64,000 nt of DNA from Frankiales bacterium (GTDB taxonomy: Bacteria; Actinomycetota; Actinomycetes; Mycobacteriales; SCTD01): contig JAODNS010000136.1 in assembly GCA_025465145.1 (NCBI GenBank), positions 1,069-65,068 of the forward strand. Direction: 5' to 3'. Shown piece after piece: positions 53,497-62,163 of this stretch; the stretch's first letter is position 1; each line of letters begins with the position of its first letter. The notes below the pieces were generated by a model. It did not search any database. It was given only the letters and a program-made list of their open reading frames with translations, and was not told the DNA's origin. The translations under genes and the position numbers were made by a program.

Positions 53497-53997
53497 CTAG
53501 GGAGCAACGGGGTCCCGACCGTCCGAGACGGCGTCGGCGAAGTGCTCGAGCCGCACCTCGAGGAAGAGCGCCCTGGCGGTGAAGGTGACCGTGCCGTCCG
53601 GGGCGGTGCATTCGCAGGACACCCAGAGCTTGCGGCCGTCCCGCGAGTCGATGCGGGCGCGCACGACGTAGGGGACGCCGACGACGACCGGCTTGAGGTA
53701 CTCCACCTCGAGGTGCCGTGTCACCCCCGCCATCCGCGCGACGTAGAGCAGGAAGCCGAGCACGTCGTCGACCACGGTCGCGACGGCGCCGCCGTGGGCG
53801 ATGCCGGGCGCCCCGCTGTGCCGGTCGGCGAACCTGTGCTCGGCGACCAGCTCGTCGCCGTCGCGCCGCACCTGCAGGTGGAACCCGCTCGGGTTGTCCT
53901 TCCCGCAGCCGAGGCAGGTCGGCCAGTGCGCCGGCAGGACGTCCGCGTCCAGCTCGCCGGCGATCTGCGTGACGTAGGTCCGCAGGTCGTCAGACAC
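53497..53997 (-). CDS. PaaI-family (hotdog-fold) thioesterase
   Basis: ORF 53497..53997(-). PGIAHGGAVATVVDDVLG...RHLEVEYLKPV. 8-nt overlap with the upstream ACAD stop. Confidence 0.8.
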   Translation of the reverse strand: MSDDLRTYVTQIAGELDADVLPAHWPTCLGCGKDNPSGFHLQVRRDGDELVAEHRFADRHSGAPGIAHGGAVATVVDDVLGFLLYVARMAGVTRHLEVEYLKPVVVGVPYVVRARIDSRDGRKLWVSCECTAPDGTVTFTARALFLEVRLEHFADAVSDGRDPVAP

Positions 53998-55132
53998 CGA
54001 GCGACCGCCCGATGATCTCCTTCATGATCTCGGTCGTGCCGCCGTAGATCGTCTGCACGCGAGAGTCCACGAACGCCCGCGCGACGGGGTACTCGAGCAT
54101 GTACCCATAGCCGCCGTGCAGCTGCACGCACCTGTCGACGACGCGCTTCTGCAGTTCGGTCGTCCACCACTTGGCCATGGCCGCGTCCTGCACCGTGAAC
54201 CGGCCCTCGTTGTGCTCGCGGACCGCCTTCTCCAGGTAGGTCTCGGCGATCTCGATCTCGGTCGCCATCTCAGCGAGCATGAAGCGGTTGTACTGGAACG
54301 AGCCGATGCTCTTGCCGAACGCCTTGCGCTCCTTGCAGTAGTCCAGCGTGATGTCGAAGATCTTGCGGCTGGCAGCGACGGCAACGACCGCGATCGACAG
54401 CCGCTCCTGCGGCAGGGCGTTCATGAGGTGGATGAAGCCGCCGTTGAGCTCGCCGATGAGGTTGTCCGCCGGCACCCGCACGTCGTCGAAGAACAGCTCG
54501 GCGGTGTCCTGCGCGTGCATGCCGACCTTGTCCAGGTTGAGGCCGCGCTCGAACCCCTTCGCGCCGCGCTCCACGGCGATGAGGCTGAAGCCGCGCGCGC
54601 CCGCCTCCGGATCGGTCTGCGCGACGACGATGACCAGGTCGGAGTTGATGCCGTTGGTGATGAACGTCTTCGAGCCGTTGACGACGAAGTCGCTGCCGTC
54701 CCGCTTCGCCGTGGTCTTCAGCCCCTGCAGGTCCGATCCCGCACCCGGCTCGCTCATGGCGATCGCCGTGATCATCTCGCCGCTGACGAAGCGCGGCAGC
54801 CAGCGGTCCTTCTGCTCGTCCGTCGTGAGGTTCAGCAGGTACGGAGCGACGACGTCGTTGTGCAGCGTGAAGCCGATGCCGCTGGCGCCGGCCCGCGTGG
54901 TCTCCTCGCCGATGACCGCGTTGTAGCGGAAGTCCTTCACGCCGCCGCCCCCGTACTGCTCCGGGACGTCCATCCCGAGCAGCCCCTGCTTGCCCGCCTC
55001 GATCCAGACGGCCCGGTCGACGATGCCGGCCTTCTCCCACTCGGCGTGGAACGGCTTCACGTGCTTGTCGAAGAAGCCGCGGACGGAGTCGCGGAACGCC
55101 TCGTGCTCGGGCTCGTACAGCGTGGTCTTCAT
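53990..55132 (-). CDS. acyl-CoA dehydrogenase
   Basis: ORF 53990..55132(-). AIAMSEPGAGSD, NGSKTFITNG, FGKSIGSFQ, GGYGYMLEYPVARAFVDSRVQTIYGGTTEIM. Confidence 0.92.
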   Translation of the reverse strand: MKTTLYEPEHEAFRDSVRGFFDKHVKPFHAEWEKAGIVDRAVWIEAGKQGLLGMDVPEQYGGGGVKDFRYNAVIGEETTRAGASGIGFTLHNDVVAPYLLNLTTDEQKDRWLPRFVSGEMITAIAMSEPGAGSDLQGLKTTAKRDGSDFVVNGSKTFITNGINSDLVIVVAQTDPEAGARGFSLIAVERGAKGFERGLNLDKVGMHAQDTAELFFDDVRVPADNLIGELNGGFIHLMNALPQERLSIAVVAVAASRKIFDITLDYCKERKAFGKSIGSFQYNRFMLAEMATEIEIAETYLEKAVREHNEGRFTVQDAAMAKWWTTELQKRVVDRCVQLHGGYGYMLEYPVARAFVDSRVQTIYGGTTEIMKEIIGRSLGV

Positions 55133-55181
55133 GCGCGCTACGTTAGCCGCCGTTCACACGCCCGTCCTCGGAGGTCGCACC

Positions 55182-56780
55182 GTGCCCGTGCTCGCCGACC
55201 GGCTGGACCGCCGCGCTCCCGAGGCTGCCGCGAACCGCGACGCCATGCTGGCGCTGCTGGCCGGCCTGGAGACGCACCTCGACGCCGCCCGCGGCGGCGG
55301 CGGCGAGAAGTACGTGGAGCGGCACCGCAAGCGCGGCAAGCTGCTCCCCCGCGAGCGGATCGAGCTGCTCGTCGACCGCGACTCAGCGTTCCTGGAGCTG
55401 TCGCCGCTGGCGGCGTACGGCACGACCTTCCCCGTCGGCGCCAGCGTCGTCACCGGGATCGGCGTCGTCGAGGGGGTCGAGTGCCTGCTGATCGCGAACG
55501 ACCCGACGGTGCGCGGCGGGGCCACCAACCCGATGACGGCGAAGAAGGTCGGCCGGGCGATGGAGATCGCGCGGGAGAACCGGCTGCCGGTGATCAACCT
55601 GGTCGAGTCCGGCGGCGCCGACCTGCCCACGCAGGCGGAGATCTTCATCCCCGGCGGCGGGATGTTCCGCAACCTCACCCAGTTCAGCGCTGCCGGCATC
55701 CCCACGGTCGCGCTGGTGTTCGGCAACTCCACGGCCGGCGGCGCCTACACCCCCGGGATGTGCGACCACGTCGTGATGGTCAAGGAACGCGCGAAGGTGT
55801 TCCTCGGCGGCCCGCCGCTGGTGAAGATGGCCACCGGCGAGGACAGCGACGACGAGTCGCTCGGCGGCGCGGAGATGCACGCCCGCACCTCCGGCCTCGC
55901 CGACCACCTGGCGGAGGACGAGGTGGACGCGATCCGGATCGGGCGGTCGATCGTCCGGCGGCTCAACTGGCGCAAGGCTGGGCCGGGTCCGTCCGAGAGC
56001 GCTGACCCGCCGCTGTACGACGAGGACGAGCTGCTCGCGATCCCGTCGGCCGACCTGCGGGTGCCGTTCGACCCGCGCGACGTCCTCGCCCGCGTCGTCG
56101 ACGGCAGCCGATTCGACGAGTTCAAGCCGCTGTACGGCAGCTCGCTCGTCACCGGCTGGGCGTCGATCCACGGGTACCCGGTCGGGATCCTCGCCAACGC
56201 GCGCGGCGTGCTGTTCAGCGAGGAGAGCGAGAAGGCGGCGCAGTTCATCCAGCTCGCGAACTCCGCGGACACGCCCCTGGTCTTCCTGCAGAACACGACC
56301 GGGTACATGGTCGGGCAGTCGTACGAGCAGAACGGCATCATCAAGGACGGCGCCAAGATGATCAACGCCGTCAGCAACAGCACGGTCCCGCACCTGACGC
56401 TGATCCTCGGCGCCTCCTACGGCGCAGGCCACTACGGCATGTGCGGCCGCGCGTACGGGCCGCGCTTCCTGTTCTCCTGGCCGAACGCCAAGTCCGCGGT
56501 CATGGGCCCGGCCCAGCTCGCCGGCGTGCTGTCGATCGTCAGCCGGCAGTCCGCTGAGGCGCGCGGGCTGCCGTACGACGAGGACGCCGACACGCAGATG
56601 CGCGATCTGGTGGAGGCGCAGATCGAGAGCGAGTCGCTGGCGCTGGCCAACTCGGGCCGGGTCTACGACGACGGAATCATCGACCCGCGGGACACCCGTA
56701 CCGTCCTCGGACTGGCGCTGTCGGTGGTGCACAACGGGCCTGTGCAGGGCGCGCGCGGCTACGGCGTGTGGCGGCACTGA
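55182..56780 (+). CDS. acyl-CoA carboxylase carboxyltransferase (beta) subunit, methylcrotonyl-CoA carboxylase-like
   Basis: ORF 54990..56780(+), trimmed to GTG 55182 (GGAGG 7 nt upstream). GKLLPRERIELLVD, ANDPTVRGG, GNSTAGGAY, FLQNTTGYMVG, ILGASYGAG. Confidence 0.9.
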   Translation: MPVLADRLDRRAPEAAANRDAMLALLAGLETHLDAARGGGGEKYVERHRKRGKLLPRERIELLVDRDSAFLELSPLAAYGTTFPVGASVVTGIGVVEGVECLLIANDPTVRGGATNPMTAKKVGRAMEIARENRLPVINLVESGGADLPTQAEIFIPGGGMFRNLTQFSAAGIPTVALVFGNSTAGGAYTPGMCDHVVMVKERAKVFLGGPPLVKMATGEDSDDESLGGAEMHARTSGLADHLAEDEVDAIRIGRSIVRRLNWRKAGPGPSESADPPLYDEDELLAIPSADLRVPFDPRDVLARVVDGSRFDEFKPLYGSSLVTGWASIHGYPVGILANARGVLFSEESEKAAQFIQLANSADTPLVFLQNTTGYMVGQSYEQNGIIKDGAKMINAVSNSTVPHLTLILGASYGAGHYGMCGRAYGPRFLFSWPNAKSAVMGPAQLAGVLSIVSRQSAEARGLPYDEDADTQMRDLVEAQIESESLALANSGRVYDDGIIDPRDTRTVLGLALSVVHNGPVQGARGYGVWRH

Positions 56781-56892
56781 TGGCCAGCCCCAGAACCCGG
56801 AGCATCCAGCCGCGGCGCGTCGCGCCCGCTCCGTCGTCCGGCCGCCTTCGACATGCCCGGCCGGATGTTCTGGGTTCCGCGGGAGCGATCGG

Positions 56893-58824
56893 ATGATGCG
56901 CCGGGTCCTGGTCGCCAATCGCGGCGAGATCGCCCGCCGCGTCTTCCGCACCTGCCGCGAGATGGGGCTCGGCACCGTCGCCGTCTTCTCCGACCCGGAC
57001 GCCGCCCTGCCGTTCGTCCGCGAGGCTGACGCGGCAGTCCGGCTGCCTGGTGCAACACCGGCCGAGACCTACCTGCGGGGCGACCTGGTCCTCGAAGCCG
57101 CCGCGAGGACCGGCGCGGACGCGATCCACCCCGGCTACGGCTTCCTGTCCGAGGACGCCGCGTTCGCGCGGGCGGTCATCGCCGCCGGACTGACGTGGAT
57201 CGGCCCGCCGCCGGAGGCGGTCGAGGCGATGGGCTCGAAGCTGACGGCGAAGCGGCTCATGGCCGCGGCGGGTGTGCCCGTGCTGCCGGGTGCGGAGGTG
57301 ACGCCGGAGGACGCGCTCGCGGCGGCCGAGGACATCGGCTACCCGGTGCTGGTCAAGGCGTCCTACGGCGGCGGCGGGCGCGGCATGCGCATCGTCCGCA
57401 CGCCGGGCGAGCTGGTCGAGGCGGTCACGAGCGCGCAGCGCGAGGCGGCCTCGGCGTTCGGCAACGCGACCGTCTTCCTCGAGCGGTACGTCGAGCGGCC
57501 GAAGCACATCGAGGTGCAGGTGATGGCCGACCAGCACGGCAACGTCGTCAGCCTGTTCGAGCGCGACTGCTCCACCCAGCGCCGACACCAGAAGGTCATC
57601 GAGGAGGCGCCCTCGCCGGTCGTCACGCCCGAGCTGCGTGCGCGACTGTCGGAGGCGTCCGTCGCGGCGGCCCGCGCCGTCGACTACGTCGGCGCGGGCA
57701 CCGTCGAGTTCGTCGTCTCCTCCGACGGCGAGCCGGCGTTCCTCGAGATGAACACGCGGCTGCAGGTCGAGCACCCGGTCACCGAGCTGGTCACCGGGCT
57801 GGACCTGGTGCGGCTCCAGCTCCTGGTGGCGCAGGGGCTTCCGCTTCCCGCGGCGGCGCTGGCGCCGACCCTCAGCGGGCACGCCGTGGAGGCCCGGCTG
57901 TACGCCGAGGACGTGCCCGCCGGCTACCTCCCCGCCACCGGCACAGTCCGCCTGCTGGAGCTGCCGGAGGGCGTGCGCGTCGACAGCGGCGTCGAGACCG
58001 GCTCGGTCGTCAGCCCGTACTACGACGCGATGGTCGCCAAGGTGGTCGCGCACGGGCCCACCCGCGCGGAGGCGGTCGGCCGGCTCGCCGACGCACTCGC
58101 GCGAACCCGGCTGCACGGCCTGACGAGCAACCGCCACCTGCTGGTGAACCTCCTGCGCAGCAAGGACTTCGCCGATGCGGAGGTGGACACCGGCTACCTC
58201 GACCGCGTCGACCCGGCAGAGGTGGGACGGCCGCTGCTGACCGGCTCCCGCGTCCTTGCGGTCGCCGCGGCGCTCGCCTCGGCGGCCGAGCGCCGCGCGG
58301 CCGCGAGGGTGCAGCCGGGGCTGCCGTCCGGCTGGCGCAGCGTTCCGAGCGCGCTGCAGCGCACGACGTACGACGGCGTCGAGGTCGGGTATGCGTTCCG
58401 CCGCGACGGCCTCGTCGTGGAGGTCGACGGCGAGCGGCTGGACGTACGGCTGGTGCACGCGTCCGCGGAGCTGGTCGACCTGGAGGTGGCCGGTGTCCGC
58501 CGCCGCGTCCGGGTGCACCGCGTCGGGGAGGTTGCATACGTCGACTCCGCCCTCGGCTCCTCGGTGCTCCTCGAGCTGCCCCGGTTCCCGGAGCCGGGTG
58601 CGAACGTCGCGGCCGGGTCGCTGACCGCCCCGATGCCGGGCACGGTGGTGCGCGTGGCCGCCGAGGTGGGCGCGTCCGTGGCGGCCGGCGACGTGCTGGT
58701 CGTGCTCGAGGCGATGAAGATGGAGCACCCGGTGCGGGCGTCCGTCGACGGCGAGGTGACCGAGGTGCTGGTGACGGCTGGTCAGCAGGTCGACTCCGGC
58801 GCGGTGCTCGTCGTCCTCAGCTGA
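56893..58824 (+). CDS. acyl-CoA carboxylase alpha subunit (biotin carboxylase + BCCP)
   Basis: ORF 56893..58824(+). VLVANRGEIARRV, GYPVLVKASYGGGGRGMR, EMNTRLQVEHPVTE, biotinylation motif LEAMKMEH. Confidence 0.93.
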   Translation: MMRRVLVANRGEIARRVFRTCREMGLGTVAVFSDPDAALPFVREADAAVRLPGATPAETYLRGDLVLEAAARTGADAIHPGYGFLSEDAAFARAVIAAGLTWIGPPPEAVEAMGSKLTAKRLMAAAGVPVLPGAEVTPEDALAAAEDIGYPVLVKASYGGGGRGMRIVRTPGELVEAVTSAQREAASAFGNATVFLERYVERPKHIEVQVMADQHGNVVSLFERDCSTQRRHQKVIEEAPSPVVTPELRARLSEASVAAARAVDYVGAGTVEFVVSSDGEPAFLEMNTRLQVEHPVTELVTGLDLVRLQLLVAQGLPLPAAALAPTLSGHAVEARLYAEDVPAGYLPATGTVRLLELPEGVRVDSGVETGSVVSPYYDAMVAKVVAHGPTRAEAVGRLADALARTRLHGLTSNRHLLVNLLRSKDFADAEVDTGYLDRVDPAEVGRPLLTGSRVLAVAAALASAAERRAAARVQPGLPSGWRSVPSALQRTTYDGVEVGYAFRRDGLVVEVDGERLDVRLVHASAELVDLEVAGVRRRVRVHRVGEVAYVDSALGSSVLLELPRFPEPGANVAAGSLTAPMPGTVVRVAAEVGASVAAGDVLVVLEAMKMEHPVRASVDGEVTEVLVTAGQQVDSGAVLVVLS

Positions 58825-59308
58825 TCCGCGACCAGAGCGTCGCGTCGCCGCGGATCCCGTCGCGCAGGTGCAGCGACCGCAGCACGCCCTCCTGCTGATA
58901 CCCGTTGCGCATGGCCACCTTCTCCGAGGCGACGTTGCCGGCGCTGATCCGCAGCTCGAGCCGGACCATCCCCAGCTGCAGCGCCCGCTCCGTCAGCAGC
59001 CGCAGCACCTCGGTGGCCACGCCGCGGCCGCGGGCGGCCGGCGCCGTCATGTACCCGAGCATGCACTCAGCCGCGGTCACGTCGATGCCACCGAGCATCC
59101 CGAAGCCGAGGAACTCGCCGTCATCGCCGACGGCCGCGTACCCCTCGCGGTCCGGGGCCTCGGCGTACGCCGCCACCATCCGCGCCGCCTGGTCCGGCGC
59201 GGGCGGCTGCGGGATCGGCGTGAACTCCGCGATCAACGGATCGACCAGCATCGCCTGCAGGGCAGCGCCGTGCTGCTCGGCCAGCGGCTCGAGTCGTACG
59301 TCAGCCAT
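58817..59308 (-). CDS. GNAT-family N-acetyltransferase (RimJ/RimL-like)
   Basis: ORF 58817..59308(-). ARGRGVATEVLRLLTERAL...NVASEKVAMRNGYQQEG. The 3' end overlaps the carboxylase 3' end by 8 nt. Confidence 0.8.
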   Translation of the reverse strand: MADVRLEPLAEQHGAALQAMLVDPLIAEFTPIPQPPAPDQAARMVAAYAEAPDREGYAAVGDDGEFLGFGMLGGIDVTAAECMLGYMTAPAARGRGVATEVLRLLTERALQLGMVRLELRISAGNVASEKVAMRNGYQQEGVLRSLHLRDGIRGDATLWSRIS

Positions 59309-60727
59309 CGACGGTCGTGACCTTGAGCTGCTCCTCCGCGTACTGCCGGCGCAGCACCTTCTTGTCGAACTTGCCGACGCTGGTCTTCGGCACAGCGGGG
59401 ATGAACGTCCAGCGCTCCGGCAGCTGCCAGCGCGCGACGTGCGCGCCGAGGTGCTCGCGCAGCTCGGCGGGCGTCGCGTCCGCGTCCGGCCGCAGCACGA
59501 CGCAGGCGAGCGGCCGCTCGTCCCACCGCTCGTCCGGCACCGCGACGACCGCGGCCTTGAAGACGGCGGGGTGCGCCATGAGCGCGTTCTCCAGGTCGAC
59601 CGCCTCGCCGTCCCACGGCAGCTCGGTCCCGTCGTCGCCGACGATTCGCATCCGCACGCCCATCGCGAGCCGGCCGGTGCGGGCCCGCCAGTCCCAGGTT
59701 TCCGCCTCGTCCGCCCCCGCGGGCACGTGCGCGACCGCCGCCAGCGGCGAGGTCTCCGTCATGTCCCAGCCCTGGATGATCCGCATGCCGTGCCGCTCCT
59801 CGAACGACTGCATCAGCGCCCGCGGCACGGCCGACCCGCCGCAGACGACCAGCCGCAGCGACGACAGGTCGGTGCCGTGCTCGTCGACGTGCTGCAGCAG
59901 GTCGTTCCAGATGGTCGGCACCGCGCCGGCGAACGTCGGCCGCAGCTCGCTGATCATCTGCGCCAGCGCCTCGGCCTGCAGGAAGCGGCCGGGCATGACG
60001 AAGTCGGTGCCCGCCATCCAGCCGGCGTACGGCAGGCCCCACGCGTTCGCGTGGAACATCGGCACGACGGGCAGGACGGAGTCGCTCTCGCGCAGCGCGA
60101 AGGTGTTGCCGCCGACGACCGACATCGAGTGCAGGTACGTGGACCGGTGGCTGTAGACGACGCCCTTCGGGTTGCCCGTGGTGCCGCTCGTGTAGCACAT
60201 GGCCGCCGGCGCGAGCTCGCTCAGCTCGGGCCAGTCGTAGGTCTCCGGCGCCTGCGCCAGCAGGTCCTCGTACCGGTGCACCGGCATGTTGCCCAGGCCA
60301 CTCGTGTCACCGTCGCCGATCAGCACGTAGTGCTCGACGGTCGTCAGCTCCGGCGCGATCTGGACGAGCAGCGGCAGCACCGTGGCGACGACGACGACGA
60401 CCTTGTCGGCGCCGTGCTCGATCACGTACGCCAGCTGCTCCGAGAACAGCCGGAGGTTCAGCGTGTGCAGGACGGCACCCGTGCACGGCACGGCCAGGTA
60501 CGCCTCCAGGTGCTCCTGCGTGTTCCACAGCAGGGTTCCCACCCGGTCGCCCTCGCCGACGCCGAGCCCGGCACGCGCCCCCGCGAGCCGCGCCGCGCGC
60601 GTCGCCACCTGCGCGTACGTCGCCGACCTGCTGCGGCCCTCCCCTCCCACGTCGTCACGACGCTGCCCGCGTAGACGGTTGCGCCGTGCCGCATCAGGTC
60701 CGTGATGGTGAGCGGGTGCTCCTGCAT
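59301..60727 (-). pseudogene. acyl-CoA synthetase (AMP-forming, FadD-like) pseudogene: 5' frameshift plus loss of the A7-A8 motif region
   Basis: N-terminus MQEHPLTITDLMRHGATVYAGSVVTTWEG is in the frame of ORF 60458..60751(-). The rest (GEGRSRSATYAQVA...YTSGTTGNPKG...PKTSVGKFDKK) is in the frame of ORF 59301..60803(-). The frames switch inside a G/C run at 60637-60648. PWDGEAV joins directly to DLENALMAHP, with no TGD or hinge DR.KD / GGE.IS motifs. Confidence 0.65.
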
Positions 60728-60811
60728 GGTGCTGACGACGCGGCCGGCCACGGGCCCTCCAGGGTGAGGATCGCAACCTCCCGCACAGCAGCGGTCTGCT
60801 CAAGCCGTACG

Positions 60812-61147
60812 GTGTCGGACGTGAGCAGCTGGCGGCGGTGCGACTCGTGCCGCAAGGTGAAGGCGGTCGACGAGTACGACGACGACGCGGCGGTCTGCCG
60901 GGCCTGCCTCACCGCTCCGGCGCCGAAGAAGAAGGCCGCTCCGGTCACGCGCACCCGGGTCGCGACGGCGACGCCGGTGCCGGACGCGCCGCGGCGGCAG
61001 CTGGTCGGTGCCGTGGGCAGCGGCGACCTCGAGGCACGCGAGCGGCGCGCGAAGCGGACTGCGTGGGAGCAGCTGGCCGAGCTGCACGCGGAGGAGTACG
61101 AGCAGCTGCTGCAGGTGGCGCGGCGGGCCGAGGGCCTGCGTACCTAG
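60812..61147 (+). CDS. hypothetical protein with N-terminal CxxC...CxxC zinc-ribbon-like motif
   Basis: ORF 60686..61147(+), trimmed to GTG 60812. WRRCDSCRKVKAVDEYDDDAAVCRACL, Lys-rich linker, C-terminal helix ERRAKRTAWEQLAELHAEEYEQLL. Confidence 0.45.
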   Translation: MSDVSSWRRCDSCRKVKAVDEYDDDAAVCRACLTAPAPKKKAAPVTRTRVATATPVPDAPRRQLVGAVGSGDLEARERRAKRTAWEQLAELHAEEYEQLLQVARRAEGLRT

Positions 61148-61362
61148 TACGCGCTGGGGCTCGGCTTCTTGTTGATGGTCTCGCTGCCGTCCTCGACGAC
61201 GAGCGCCTTGGCGGCCAGCGCCTCGCCGTACTCGCGCCCGTGGTGCGCGCAGAACAGCAGGTCGCCTGAGGTGAGGACGGCGCGGACGAACGCCTGGGCG
61301 CCGCAGCGATCGCAGCGGTCGAGCGCGGTGAAGGCGTGCGGGGCGAGAGCGGCGGTGGTCAT
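61144..61362 (-). CDS. conserved actinobacterial small protein (72 aa) with CDRCG...CAHH metal-binding-like motif
   Basis: ORF 61144..61521(-), trimmed to ATG 61360-61362 (AGGAGG 8 nt upstream). LDRCDRCGAQAFVRAVLTSGDLLFCAHHGREY. Confidence 0.65.
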   Translation of the reverse strand: MTTAALAPHAFTALDRCDRCGAQAFVRAVLTSGDLLFCAHHGREYGEALAAKALVVEDGSETINKKPSPSAY

Positions 61363-61578
61363 GGTCCCTGCCTCCTGGCTCGACGTGGGGTGCTTGCTGT
61401 ATCGGCAGCGGTTCGCCGGACAGGAGCGCCGTGTGGCCGAGTGTGTGCCCCCGATCCGCTGGTCTACGTGCGACACGCGCCTCGACTTGGTCACGGTGTC
61501 CCGGATGTCCGCCGGCGCCACCTTCGTCCGCCGGGAACGGCCCGGAACTGACTGCTATCGTTCCTGCCCGAACGACCA

Positions 61579-61651
61579 GCGCCGCTAGCTCAATTGGCAG
61601 AGCAGCGGACTCTTAATCCGCGGGTTCGGGGTTCGAGTCCCTGGCGGCGCA
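61579..61651 (+). tRNA. tRNA-Lys (anticodon CTT)
   Basis: Folded by hand. Acceptor GCGCCGC/GCGGCGC, D arm GCTC-AATTGGCA-GAGC, anticodon arm GCGGA-CTCTTAA-TCCGC, variable GGGTT, T arm CGGGG-TTCGAGT-CCCTG, discriminator A. CCA is not encoded. Confidence 0.93.
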
Positions 61652-61662
61652 CCCCGTGTGAC

Positions 61663-61694
61663 CTGGCCCTTCACCTTCCGAGGTGCGGGGCCAG
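61663..61694 (+). terminator. hairpin directly downstream of tRNA-Lys
   Basis: CTGGCCC-TT-CACCT-TCCG-AGGTG-CG-GGGCCAG: two stacked stems of 7 and 5 bp. Confidence 0.45.
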
Positions 61695-62163
61695 AGTCGT
61701 CTCCGGCGAGATCGTCAGTTCAGACTCAGTTTCAGCCGGAGCTGATCTTCTCTCCGTGGCGGTGCGCCCGGGTGCCCACGGGGCCCCACGATCGCTGGAG
61801 TTGCCTGCTGCGCGACAGTGTCCTTGACTGCTGAGCCTGCGAGCGCAAAGGCTGACGGACGCGCTACCCGGTGACGGCCTCGCCACCTCCGGTGCCGACG
61901 GCCGCGACCCCGTGGGGTAGTTCCGGCGGCCCAGGCGCGAAGGCCTTGGCTCGCGACGGTCTCGTGGCCCACCGCGCGTCAGGTGCCCTCAGGCCTGCGC
62001 TGCGCTACAGGTCCTGGCCGGTGCCACCGAGCGCGAGTCGCACCCTGTCGCCCTGTAGCTCAGGGACGCGTCCGGTTCGAGCCCCGTGATCCGCCGGTCC
62101 CTGCCGCAGCCAGCGCCTCGTCGTCCCGCGGGTGGGAGACGGCACCCAACGGGGAGGGCTGAC

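Noticed and set aside
56781-56892. Imperfect inverted repeats (CCAGAACCC...GGGTTCTGG-like) between the two carboxylase subunit genes as a regulatory RNA
   Set aside because: The pairing is short and ambiguous with alternative registers. It is consistent with an ordinary intercistronic stem.
60812-61362. Convergent small genes (zinc-ribbon protein and CDRCG protein) as a toxin-antitoxin pair
   Set aside because: They are convergent rather than co-transcribed, neither resembles a known toxin or antitoxin fold, and the CDRCG protein belongs to a widely conserved actinobacterial housekeeping-context family.
62048-62096. Second tRNA gene
   Set aside because: The D-arm-like and T-loop-like strings are present, but there is no anticodon arm, and the T stem and acceptor stem do not pair. 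It is not a functional tRNA.
61579-62163. Integrated mobile element at tRNA-Lys
   Set aside because: No integrase, excisionase or phage/ICE genes follow the tRNA, and I found no direct repeat of the tRNA 3' end. Only a degenerate tRNA-like fragment is present. It is reported as a low-interest finding rather than as a mobile element.
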